This document shows, in pieces, positions 41,405 through 52,794 of a stretch of 64,000 nt of DNA. This stretch comes from Octopus sinensis (taxonomy: Eukaryota), in the NCBI RefSeq assembly GCF_006345805.1, contig NC_043009.1, positions 61,752,001 through 61,816,000 of the forward strand, given 5' to 3'. Within the stretch, counting starts at the first letter, position 1. Every line of letters begins with the position of its first letter. Position numbers and translations under genes: made by a program. The notes under the pieces were generated by a model. It made no database searches. It saw only the letters and a list, made by a program, of their open reading frames with translations, and was not told where the DNA came from.

Positions 41405-41890
41405 TGAACTTTTAACTCTTAACACATTTATTGCTGAACATGATTTACTGTATTGGCTGTTTACAAAAGAAAGATGCTGATAATATAAAGCTGACTGGGA
41501 GAAGAGAACTGTTCTATCATGAAGAAAGCTAGTTGTGGTACATCCTGTGTGGGAGTCTGAAGTTGTCTCTTGCTCAAGGTGGCCTGTCTGAGTGTCCAAA
41601 GTGGTCTGGTCTTCGCAGTCTGTTTTCTGTGAGTGTCCAAGGTGGTCTATATGAATGCCTGAGGTTGACTACTCTTGCAGTCTGCTGCAGCTGTCTATGT
41701 GAATGCCAACGGTCGTCAGGCTGAGTTTGGCACCCAAAGGTTTTTATAGGGTGAAAAGGAGGCAAATTTTAGATCATCCAAGAAGCCATATTGCACCACA
41801 GCTTCACATTGATTGGTCTATTTATGGATCAATCATATGAAATTGTGGAGGGTCATTTGTGATGCCTAACTGAATATCTTGCGGTTAGGG
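41405..41890. repeat. Unclassified ~500-bp repeat; diverged direct copy at ~45321-45800
   Basis: Collinear blocks such as TTAACACATTTATTGC, GAAAGATGCTGATAATATA, ATAGGGTGAAAAGG, GATCAATCAT.TGAAA.TGTGG and ATGCCTAACTGAATA. Confidence 0.75.
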
Positions 41891-42010
41891 TTCAGATCCC
41901 TACAAGTTGTTCCTAACTCTCAGTATCTATTGAAATCTAAATGGTCTGTACCATTTCAGAAACAAATGTCATAACCAAAAACAGTACAGTGACAAATAAG
42001 ATATGAACTA

Positions 42011-43308
42011 TCAGGTCATCCCATAAGTTCTGTCCCAATTTTGAATAAAAAAAACAAGTGATCAAATGTTATATTTAATTGAAATTTAATCATCAATGTA
42101 CTTTCCCTAATTATCTATGACTTCCTTCCATCTATTTACAAGCTTTTTAATCCCATCAATGTAAAAACACTTTTGGTTTCAAAGTGAAGAACTCTGAAAT
42201 GTCAGTTTTGCCCTCTTCCTGGCTTGCAAAAGTTATGTACCTCAAATGATTCTGTAAACTACAAAACAAATGGTAGTCTGATGGTTGGGAGAATAAGGTG
42301 GATGAGGAATTTTTTCCCAACCAAGCTCTTCAATCTTCTGTGATGTGATCTTTGCAGTGTGAGGTCGCGCATTGACCTGATGAAACATCACTCGTTTTCG
42401 ATTCACTTTAGGGTCTTTTTTCTTCAAAGCTTGGTTTAACCGCTCTAGTTGCTGACAGTAGACTTGAGCATTGATTGTTGCATTAGGTGGTAACAATTCA
42501 AAGTGAATTACTCCTTTGCAATCCCACCAGATAGAGAGAAGAACCTTTTTACCATGAAGTTCCCTTCTTGGATGTGGTTGAGCTTTTTTCCCTTTTACCA
42601 AGCCACTGTTTATAACATTTAACATTTCGATAGAAGATCCATTTTTCGTCACCAGTTACAAGTCTATCCAAAAAGGGTGAAAAGAGTTCGCGAGAATGGA
42701 GAGAAGAGCAGATGTCAACTTGGGATTTGCAGTTGCTTGCGGACAATTCATGAGGCACATTTTCCAAGTTTAGGAACCTTTTCCAAGTTTAGGAACCTTT
42801 CCAAGTTGTTGAAGATGATGATGAACAGTTGTATGGTTTGAACTAAGCTTTATTGCCAATTCTTTAACTGATAATGTAGGATTTTCTTCAAGTAATGTCT
42901 CAAGGAGCTTATCATCAAACTCAACTAGACATCCTGTTCGATTTTCATCTTCAAGGCTGAAATCTCCACTTCTGAATTTTGCAAACCATTTTCTGCAAGT
43001 TCTTTCATTCAAGTATTCTTTCCCATAAACTGAGTGTATGTTTCGAGTTGCTTCGGCTGCAGAGTTTCCTTTTTTGTACTCATAAAGCATTATGTGCCTC
43101 AAATGTTCTTTGGATACTTCCATGTTAGAAAGAGTTTTAATCAAAGAAATTTTAATTCTATTATTCTGTAGAATAATATTTAATTAGTTTAAATGTACAC
43201 AAATGCATAAAAATAATTTTAAATTCCATTAGACATTTTAAAATACTATTAAATTTCATTCAATTTTAAAAAAAGGTAAAATCAGACAGATCTCATGGGA
43301 TGACCTGA
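42011..43308 (-). mobile_element. Full-length but inactivated Tc1/mariner (mariner, DD34D-type) transposon
   Basis: Imperfect TIRs (TCAGGTCATCCCATAAGTTCTGTC / GACAGATCTCATGGGATGACCTGA) flanked by TA at 42009-10 and 43309-10; 1298 bp. Transposase split over ORFs 43144-42770, 42767-42549 and 42652-42242 with HTH, (W)VPHEL, TGDEKW, NARPH and HPPYSP motifs. Has frameshifts and a D-to-V change at the second catalytic Asp. Confidence 0.95.
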
Positions 43309-44433
43309 TATTTACCTCTTGGCAGCTTGTTTTACATCATCAGTTTGTCCATTTGTTCTTCTTGAGCCAATATAAGAAATCAATGATTTAAAGTGCTCTG
43401 TATTGTTGTAGTTATTATGATTAACATGTTGAGGGATCGATAGGAAAAAGAATCATCTTCAATAATGTTATTAATAACAGCTAATATTCTTATATATACA
43501 TATATATGTATATATATATATGTATTTGTATATGTATATATGTATATATATATATATATATATATCATTATAGAGTTGCCAGCCTCGGCTGGCCCCCGTG
43601 CCGGTGACACGTAAAAGCACTGTCCGTTCGTGGTCATTTGCCAGCTCTGTCTGGCCCCGTGTCGGTGGCACGTAAAATCACCATCCGCTCGTGTTCGTTG
43701 CCAGCCTCGGCTGGCCCCGTGCCGGTGACACGTAAAAGCACCATCCGTTCGTGGCCGTTGTGCCAGCTCTGTCTGGCACCTGTGCAGGTGGCAAGTAAAA
43801 AACACCCACTACACTCGCGGAGTGGTTGGCGTTAGGAAGGGCATCCAGCCGTAGAAACACTGCCAAATCTGACTGGGCCTGATGAAGCCTTCCGGCTTCA
43901 CAGACCCCAGTTAAACCGTCCAACCCATGCTAGCATGGAAAACGGACGCTAAATGATGATGATGATGATGATGATGATATAGAGTAAAGAATTATTAATT
44001 TAACAATTAATACATTTTACCTAGTAGCTTCGGTATGGAAAAAAACCATTATCGGTAAAAACTTATACAAAAAGTTTTTTATAATTATAAACATAATTAA
44101 GGGATTAGCAAAAAGTTGCTTCACCACCTCCTGAAAATTTAGAAATAGCAGTCAAAACTACTAATTCTTTTGCTACAATATATCTTCACAGACAGTAATA
44201 CTCGCAACTCACATAGGCAAAAAGAAGAAAAAAATAATGAAACTATCCAGCCTTCATTAATCATGTACGCGTTTCGGGATTAGAATTGTAAAATTCATTT
44301 CCTTCGTCAGCATGATATTCGAGATTATAAATTTGGAAGTGCTAACATAATTCATGCACATTTGATCAAGAGACATCAAACATAACATAAGATAAACAGC
44401 ATTTCCGAATTTATATATAAATGCGGAAATATA

Positions 44434-44722
44434 TCTATATATATAAAAAGTGAAGTTGTGTGTCTGTCTCCTACGATTTAGATTCCTAACTACTCCCACA
44501 TTTTGCGGTGCAGTTTAACCAAAAGCGGGTATCTTATAGTCGTGATTCATATCGAGCCCTTCTGGGTATTAGCGCGCGTCCACGATGAGTCTATGATTAA
44601 AAAAAAAATTTACCATCATTTTTTCCCATTTTTTTGCTATTATATAAGGGAAGTAACTCTCTAAAAATGCTTATATAGTTATTTCCCTTACAAACCCGAG
44701 CAACGCCGGGCGATACTGCTAG
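44434..44722 (+). mobile_element. Non-autonomous Helitron (289 bp)
   Basis: Begins TCTATATATATAAAA after A, has a subterminal hairpin CCCGAGCAACGCCGGG, ends CTAG before T; no TSD. Confidence 0.85.
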
Positions 44723-45034
44723 TATATGTATATATATATATACATACAATATAAAATTTGTTGTATGCAAGGTACACGTTTGAATTAAGAAATAATGAAA
44801 CTACTGAAAGACACAGCAACAGATTTTTGTATAAATGTAGGACAAGGCTTCTAGATACGACAAGAATAATCTCTTGGAGAGAAATTTGAGGGTGAACACT
44901 ATCTTATTAAACGGGTGTCTAAAGACACATAGCCCTTGCCAACAGTAGGAAGTTGTCATACTTTGTCACCAATGTCATGAGAGTGCTTGTTCACCATTGT
45001 AGTGGGTTTGCAATGGTGAATGTGTGTGGTATTG

Positions 45035-45250
45035 AGGCGGTGAGCTGGCAGAATCATTAGCGTGCTGGATGAAATGTTTAGCAGTATTTTGCCTGTCGCT
45101 ATGTTCTGAGTTCAAATTCCACTGAGGTCGACTTTGCCTTTCATCCTTTTGGGGTCAATAAATTAAGTACCAGTTGAACACTGGGGTTGGTGTGATCGAT
45201 GACCCCTCCTCCCCCAAATTTCAGGCCTTGTGCCTATAATAGATGGGATG
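45035..45250 (+). mobile_element. SINE family C with conserved central domain AGGTCGACTTTGCCTTTCATCCTTTCGGGGTCGATAAA.TAAGTACCAG (more than 12 copies in the window, e.g. 12760-13145, 24590-24800, 34735-34910, 47466-47660, 58280-58500, 61255-61460, 62640-63280)
   Basis: The central motif recurs throughout the window. From memory it resembles the MetaSINE/Sauria-SINE-type domain; not verified. Confidence 0.75.
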
Positions 45251-46160
45251 TGTGTCGTATTGTTGAAGACCACCACCATGTGGTCAAACTGGTTGTGTGT
45301 ATTATAAGCAAAGCAACTCATGAGCTTTTAACTTTTAACACATTTATTGCATTGGCTGTTTATGAAAGAAAGATGCTGATAATATATCTACCAACTGGAA
45401 GAAGAGAACTGTGCTGTATCTGTAGAAGGCAGATGTGGTACATCGTGTGTGAGTGTCCTAAGTTGTCACAAGGTGATCTGTCTGAGTGCTCTAAGCTGTC
45501 TGTCTTAGAGATCTGTTGAGGTTGTTTGCCTTACTCACTTTCCTGAAGTTATCTAGCCATAACAGTTTGCTGTGGCTGTCTACCATACTCTCTTGCCTGA
45601 ATTAGGCAACAAATAGTTTTTAATAGGGTGAAAAGGGAAAAATTTTAGGTCATCTGAGGAGCCAAATCACATCAAAGCTTCACACTAATTGGTTGATTTT
45701 TAGATCAATCATGTGAAACTGTGGTGGCTCATTTGCAATGCCTAACTGAATACCTTGAGATTGGGGTTTGAATCCCTTCAAAGTATTCCAACACAGAGCT
45801 GAACTCTATGAATTCTATAAACATCATGTGTGAGTGTCCAAAGCCATCTCTTTCTCAAGGTGGTTTGTCCAAGTGTCTGAGGTGGTTTGGTCTCAATGGT
45901 CTGTCTTGTGTGTGTGCCCTAAGTGGACTTTGGAACTGTCCGAAGCTGTCTGTCTTAGCAGTTTGCGGAGTTTGTTTGCCATATTCTAAAAAGTTTTAGA
46001 ATATTCCATGAGACTTTTAAGTATGAAAATTAAACTTTTCTTTTTGTGTGTCAGAGCCCATAAAAAAAAAAGATGGTTTGTTGAAAAAATGTCAGTAGGT
46101 GTTAAGTTACAATTACCTCTGGTCAACATTACCAAATATAGTAGTATTATTGAATATTAC

Positions 46161-46582
46161 TATAGGTAGTGTGTAACGAGTTTCTTCACTACTTCAGGGA
46201 GTGACGACCCTGCCTGACACGAGTCCTGGGCCCAGCTGGCTCTGGCTGACAGTACCCAGTATGGGCTCCTATCCAGGGTTACAGAAAGGAGATAACCTCC
46301 AAAGAAATCCGGAGTGTAGCCCTGTAGGCGGTTTAATGTTCGACTCGACACTGTTCCGGTAGCTCCTGCAACCAAGCTGGTGCCAAATGTAATGCTCTGC
46401 ACTCCTTTGGACTATGTCAGCAAGGTTGAGAGAGGAATCCTGACAATTGGGCTCTTAGGATTTTCTTACATCTAGCCCAGGCCTGCGCAAAACTGGAGAG
46501 GACATGAAATGTAAAAATCAGACTGGATTAGTTTATGCGCAACTCCATTATCTCCCGAGACAAAAGGATGCCAACAACAACA
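46161..46582 (+). mobile_element. 5'-truncated non-LTR retrotransposon 3' end with (CAA)n tail and 12-bp TSD
   Basis: GC-rich insert flanked by ATTGAATATTAC at 46149-46160 and 46583-46594; ends GGATGCCAACAACAACA. Clade not assigned. Confidence 0.75.
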
Positions 46583-48430
46583 ATTGAATATTACCGGTAA
46601 TAGTAACCACTATAGTAATATTATTTGCCAGTAGTTTTCACTTTTAAACTTAAACACTTTGGCTTTGAATTTGAGGAAGACTATCTGCTCTACTATCATA
46701 AATGTGTGAAACAAAAACAATCAGCAATTAGATATCTGAATTATTTTCTACACAATATTCCTCAGGAAATTTCTTTTCAGCATTAAGCGGCAGAACAGGA
46801 TTTTTCCATTGATATTGCTTGCCCAAATCCTTGGCCTCTACTTTATAAATTACTTCTGTTCTGATCAGTTGGTGATCCCTTATAAAGATCAAGAGTGACG
46901 CACACTAAAATGGTGTTCATATCTCTGGGTTACTGTTCATCCATACACAGAAGCATCTGACTTGATTGGCAAAGTTTCATTTATCAATGGGCTCTAGCAA
47001 TGGGACTCAGACACCAAATTATTCACTTGTTCTTTCATTTCTAAGAGAGAAGGTTCAATCTCAGTTCCGTAAGATACTAAACCAAACCACACAGTTAAGT
47101 TGCTCTATATCAACAAGTTATTCTCATCTGATACGTAGCCAGCTAAAATGGAGTACTTGGACACAGCATATTCCCAGGGATGCAATATAAACTCACAACC
47201 CTAAAGCTTCTTTACTTCAATAATCGCGCTTTCACACCCAAGGAATGCTGGTGATCAAGTTACATAGTGTATTGACTAAGTGATGTAGTATATTGATCCA
47301 GTCATGTAGAGCACTGTCACATGGGATTGAACCAAATCGTTGTGGACCAAATGAATAAAATGCATTCACAAAAAATTTAGAATGCAGAAAAATTACCCCC
47401 ACCCCACAAAAAATCCCCACTGCGATGGTGAGACAAGAAAAAAAAATGCTAAAACCATTGACGATAAGGCGAGCTGGCAAAATCTTTAGTACGCCGGATT
47501 AAAATACTTGGAGGCATTTCGTTCGTCTTCACATTTTGAGTTCAAATTCCGCCGAGTTCGACTTTGCCATTCATCCCTTCGGAATTGTACTGTGGTCGAT
47601 GTAATCGACAAGCTCCCTCCCCTAAAAGAATGTCAGGCCTTGTGTCTGTAATAGAAAGGATATGATACATCAGGGTTCTGAATGTGTCTTTTGCGACCGG
47701 AGAACTTCTTTCGTCCAAGTTCTTTGGTTTAAACATCTTTTCCCACCTAATTTCTTTAAGTTAATTCTATCGAAACACCAGTAATTGTTCAATTCCATGC
47801 ACTGAGAACATCTACGTATATCTCTCCCTCATCTCTCTTTGATATCATCTTCTACGGTCCCTTCTTTATCTGCAACTTTTCTTGGCACGAGCCAGTGAAG
47901 AAGACTCTATGTGGTTCGATCTGCTAGAAATAGCAGCCAATTTACCCTCAGATCACACCCTTCCATCATTAAAAAAAATGGTACATTGGATATTGTAGCC
48001 TGGAATGCACCGTGCGTGGATGTATCTTAAAAAATGACGAGATAATAATTGCCAGAATGTTGCAAGTCACATCTTTTCAATCGGGGTTGATCGGTGGGGT
48101 TGGCAAAATAGTAATTCTTGACACTCGTGATCCCACCTCCACCCCACCACCACTACCGGCACTGATGTCGTAAAGGTTAAATTATTTGTTATTCTAAACT
48201 ATCTGCACCAGTTTTTATCCTCACCTACCCGTATCCCTTGACTGACACACCAACATTCCAAATATACCCTTTATATCTTTCTCAACTCCAGCACCAGCCT
48301 TCACCCGATTGTCACTGTTTCTGCCCCCAACGAATCATTTGATAATTGACTAATCAAAACAACACGCCTCACAAGTTTTTTTTTTATTTTTTAAATGCAT
48401 AACAAGTTCGTCCTATGAACCCTTCTAGTA

Positions 48431-48670
48431 CAATGGTTCTCAACCAAGGCCCACTTAAAATTTCGTTAAAATTTTTATCTGCAATAAATTGCTTAAACTT
48501 CTATAATACTCAAAATATTTTAATAATTTTTTTTTTTTTTACAATTCCAAATAATATTTAATTATAGAAATAAAACGGGATTTTTAAACATAGGTTGGCT
48601 AAGAGTACATCCGACTAAAATAGGAACCAAAGGGTCTATAAATAAATAAAATAATAGTTGAGAAACACTG
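48431..48670. mobile_element. hAT (Charlie-like) MITE, 240 bp
   Basis: TIRs CAATGGTTCTCAAC / GTTGAGAAACACTG; 8-bp TSD TTCTAGTA / CTCTAGTA. Confidence 0.8.
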
Positions 48671-49338
48671 CTCTAGTACTTAAAATAAGCTAAGTGGACA
48701 ATGCATTGTCAGTCCTGGATCGATTGCTCATAATAACTATTACAGATAGAAATATTCCAAGGTCTAATCTCTACTAGTATTCATATTTCATTGAAGCCCC
48801 CAATATTCTGGAGAAAAGCACGAAATAAATGCAATTACAATTTAATTCCTCGACACATCTGAAACTATTCATAACATGGTGCATTATTAAAATTAGTGGA
48901 GTTAGCAGCCTATAGGATTCAGAGATTTAGATTTCACTAATTTGATTTCGTCTCTATAATTGGGATGTCAACTTTAAAAGCACTCCGCCGTCTAATGCGG
49001 GATTGATTAAATAAACAATTAGTAATATACTAGGGTTCCCATGTAACACAACCAATGTCTGTGAAACAATAATAACCTTGTCTTTGAGAAAAGCGAACTT
49101 AAAGAGACCGATTCTGTGTGATTATGTAAGGTATGGGCAGACAATTCAGACCAAGTGCTTCAATTAAATAAAACACTCAGTGTTGCACGCACGCACACAC
49201 ATCGGGTGCCTGTGTGTGTATACATATAGACATACACATACATATATGTATGTATATGAGTGAATGTATATATATGTATGTGAGCATATATGTGTGGGTG
49301 TGTGTGATCACACACACACACACATATATATATATATA

Positions 49339-49647
49339 CTAGCAGTATCGCCCGGCGTTGCTCGGGTTTGTTTTGACCCTTTATAATTGGAATTTTTGAA
49401 AAGTAAAAATTTTGCATTATGTAGCTTGTTATTCTCTTTAAGTGAACATTTTTCTGGTTGAAATACACCGAAAAATGGTGACACAGCATCAAAAAAATCT
49501 TTAAAAATAGGGATTTTCATAGAAAAAAAAAGCACCTTTTTGATGTAAATAATTTTTGGTGATAACATGGTCTTTTTGAATTTTATCTTCAACGGAATGA
49601 AGAGCAAGCCTTATTCTATCATACTCTCAGTTTTGGTCAACTTGCAA
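49339..49647 (-). mobile_element. Non-autonomous Helitron 3' portion
   Basis: Terminal 33 bp (ACAAACCCGAGCAACGCCGGGCGATACTGCTAG) identical to the 44434-44722 element; internal sequence differs; 5' end unclear. Confidence 0.75.
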
Positions 49648-49790
49648 TATATATATATAACTTTAAAATAAGGGTGAGAAATTAGATATTAATTAAATTA
49701 ACATCGATTTCACACGAGTGGTTTAGCATATAAAAAAAACTGAAGGTTCAGTAAAATTGTATTATATACATGCTAGATTGAAAACAACTT

Positions 49791-49908
49791 TGTGGACACC
49801 CTTATGCTAGAAATAGATCCGCTATGGTCTTACCACTAAGATGTTCTTAGGAACATCTCTTAGTAGTAAGACCATAGCGGATCTATTTCTAGCATAAGGG
49901 TGTCCACA
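49791..49908. repeat. Near-perfect 118-bp palindrome upstream of MIB1
   Basis: Arms of 56 and 58 nt differ by one mismatch and a 2-nt indel; 4-nt loop TTAG. Confidence 0.95.
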
Positions 49909-50132
49909 TAGTGGTTTCCCTCTAATATGCATATATACATGTATGTGAGCACATATGTGTGTGCATAAATGTTTCTGAGAGCATACATGCTTGATGTATA
50001 GAAAAACGTCAGCTTTTGTAGATGAAGCTCCCTAACGAAGCCAATAAGTATCGACATAGTGTGAGTGTGATGCAATGAAATGTGATTGACAACCGAATAT
50101 AGCGCAATATGTAAAAATAACAACAAACCAAA

Positions 50133-50142
50133 TCTCGCGAGA
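50133..50142. promoter_or_regulatory. TCTCGCGAGA palindrome (CGCG/M4 element) in the putative MIB1 promoter
   Basis: Exact 10-bp motif about 210 bp upstream of the MIB1 ATG, in a locally CpG-rich stretch. Function is inferred from vertebrate promoter literature. Confidence 0.55.
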
Positions 50143-50349
50143 CCGAATCAGTATGAAAACGAGATTTAATCCACCATTTTACAGCCAGCCAGCCGATACC
50201 ACCATCAGCTACATTTCAACACTCTTTTCACTCATTTACGTTTACTTTACGGTTGTTTTCATTAAAGGAACTCACTGACATTTTTCCTTCGGAGAGCTTT
50301 ATTTTTATTTTTCACATTTCCAAAAAGATGTGGCTCGGTTAACGACTAA

Positions 50350-50745
<396 letters not shown>

Positions 50746-51496
50746 TAAGTTTGTATAGAATATTATGCTTAGATATCCTTCTGTATATATTGATAAACAA
50801 GTGAAGTGTTTAGATCTGCCTCTTTCTCTGTCTATATATATATATACATATATGTTAATATTTTTGTTAAAAAAAGATACTGTGTATATACACTCTTGTA
50901 AATTCGATATATTTCTGTGTGTAGACGAGATACTCGGTGCTTATTTTTGTGTGTGTTTAATAATGAAGATAGTGTTTGTGTAACTGTGTATATATTGCTA
51001 TATATACATGCTATATATACACACTTGATATTTATATCCTTGTATGTACGATGTAATGCCATTGTCTGTGTATGTATTCTGTGTATTTATTCGAAGTTTG
51101 GACGTTTGTTCTGTCGCTTCTTAAGTTTCTGGCTCGCTGTGATCTTTCTGGCGATTTACAAAATTAAAGATAAAAAAGATCGCATCTGGAGACAAACTCC
51201 GAGTAGAAGAAGGAATTAACCACCTTCACACAAGATAAATTCTATAAACAGGCATTGAGTACGTTTTTATTTTTTTGGGGTGGGGGTCTTTTGTAAATCC
51301 GTACGTACGTATGTATACACACAAATACATAAGTATATATACGATATATATATATCGGAAACGTGCTACTACAAACGAAAGATCGCCTATCTTGATATAT
51401 TTGTATAATTATATATATATATATATCTTTTGTTTATCTTTTATTGGTTTCAGGCAGTTGCGACCATGCTGGGACAACACTATTTCACACACACAC

Positions 51497-51530
<34 letters not shown>

Positions 51531-51728
51531 GCATACATACATACACACACACATACACACACATACACGTGTGTGTGTGTGTGTTTATGAAATCTGCATT
51601 TGTGTGTTTTCCCAACAGGCATGGGATGTAGGTAGTGCTTTTTCGGTCGGATGCTTTTCTTGACACCAACCGTGTTAGTTGCCTCATAAAATACGCAGAG
51701 ATACAGTATACCTATTCTTAAAACGGTG

Positions 51729-51956
51729 GGGCGGACGTGAAGAATGTGGACCGCACCCCCTTTCGTTTATTAAAAAACATTTTTTTTTACAGAATCCCCC
51801 ATCTGCCAAAAAAAAAAAAAATGGCATTTAAAAATTTTAATTTCCCCCACCCCTAAACCTTCAAATTCTTCAATTTTCACTTTTTCCTTAAAAATTGCAA
51901 CTTTACAAATCTCTTTTTTTTCAAAATCATAATCTCCGTATTTTTTTACGTATTTC

Positions 51957-51993
<37 letters not shown>

Positions 51994-52167
51994 GAAAAAT
52001 GAAAATTGAAGAATTTAGGGGGAGGTGAATGTGGGAGGGAAATAAAAAAATTTAAATGCGTTTTTTTTTTTTGCAGAATCAGAATCTCCATAATTGAAAA
52101 TGGGGGATTCTGTAAAAAAAAAAAAAAGTGGGTGGGTGGGTACGATCCACTTTCTTTACGTCTGCCC
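51729..52167. mobile_element. Fold-back/MITE with long imperfect TIRs in MIB1 intron 1
   Basis: GGGCGGACGTGAAGAATGTGGACCGCACCCC / GGGTGGGTACGATCCACTTTCTTTACGTCTGCCC, plus inner paired blocks (TTACAGAATCCCC / GGGGATTCTGTAA; AATTCTTCAATTTTCA / TGAAAATTGAAGAATT). Confidence 0.75.
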
Positions 52168-52746
52168 TTGACAGTTTACTACTCGTTGAATTACCGTTGG
52201 AAATAACTGAGCATTCTTCCGACACGTCTACTCGTATTGTAATTGTCAAATAAAATCAGCGAGACAAGGCTGTCTGAGTTATTAGTACAGTCTGTCGATG
52301 GTCTTCTACACAGTTTCCGTTCGGATTGACCTGAGGCTGTGGTAAAGACATTTATCTAAGATGCTATGCAGTGGAATCGAACTTGAAACTTTTTGCCTTA
52401 CAAGCGAACTTTTTACTTCCCTCCTCCACTCATGCACAGACACGTATAATTATCCACATCATTCTCGTCATTTAACATCCGTTTTCTATACTTCCATAAG
52501 TTGGCTGGCTCAGAAGGATTTGACGAGCCAGAGGGCTGCGGTGAACACCAATGTCAGCTTTTGGTATAATCTCTAAGGCTAGATACCCTTCCTAACACCA
52601 TCCACTTTAATGTACAGGGTGTTGTTACATGCCACTGGTATGAGAGTGATGTTGCTAGTAATTTGCAAGAAAAGAAAAAACCCTCTTAGTGGTGGTGGTA
52701 TTTGAAAGTGGCTTCGTGCCAAGTATTGAGAGGCTATAAACAGACT

Positions 52747-52794
<48 letters not shown>

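Noticed and set aside
43875-43905. CTGATGA-AGCC-TTCC-GGCT hammerhead-like start
   Set aside because: No GAAA follows; it is a mutated part of the RTE-type 3' UTR (other copies read CTGGTGCAGCC).
46385-46490. Possible HDV-like ribozyme in the GC-rich insert
   Set aside because: The P1/P2/P3/P1.1 nested pseudoknot could not be built on either strand, and the segment behaves as a 3' end rather than a 5' UTR.
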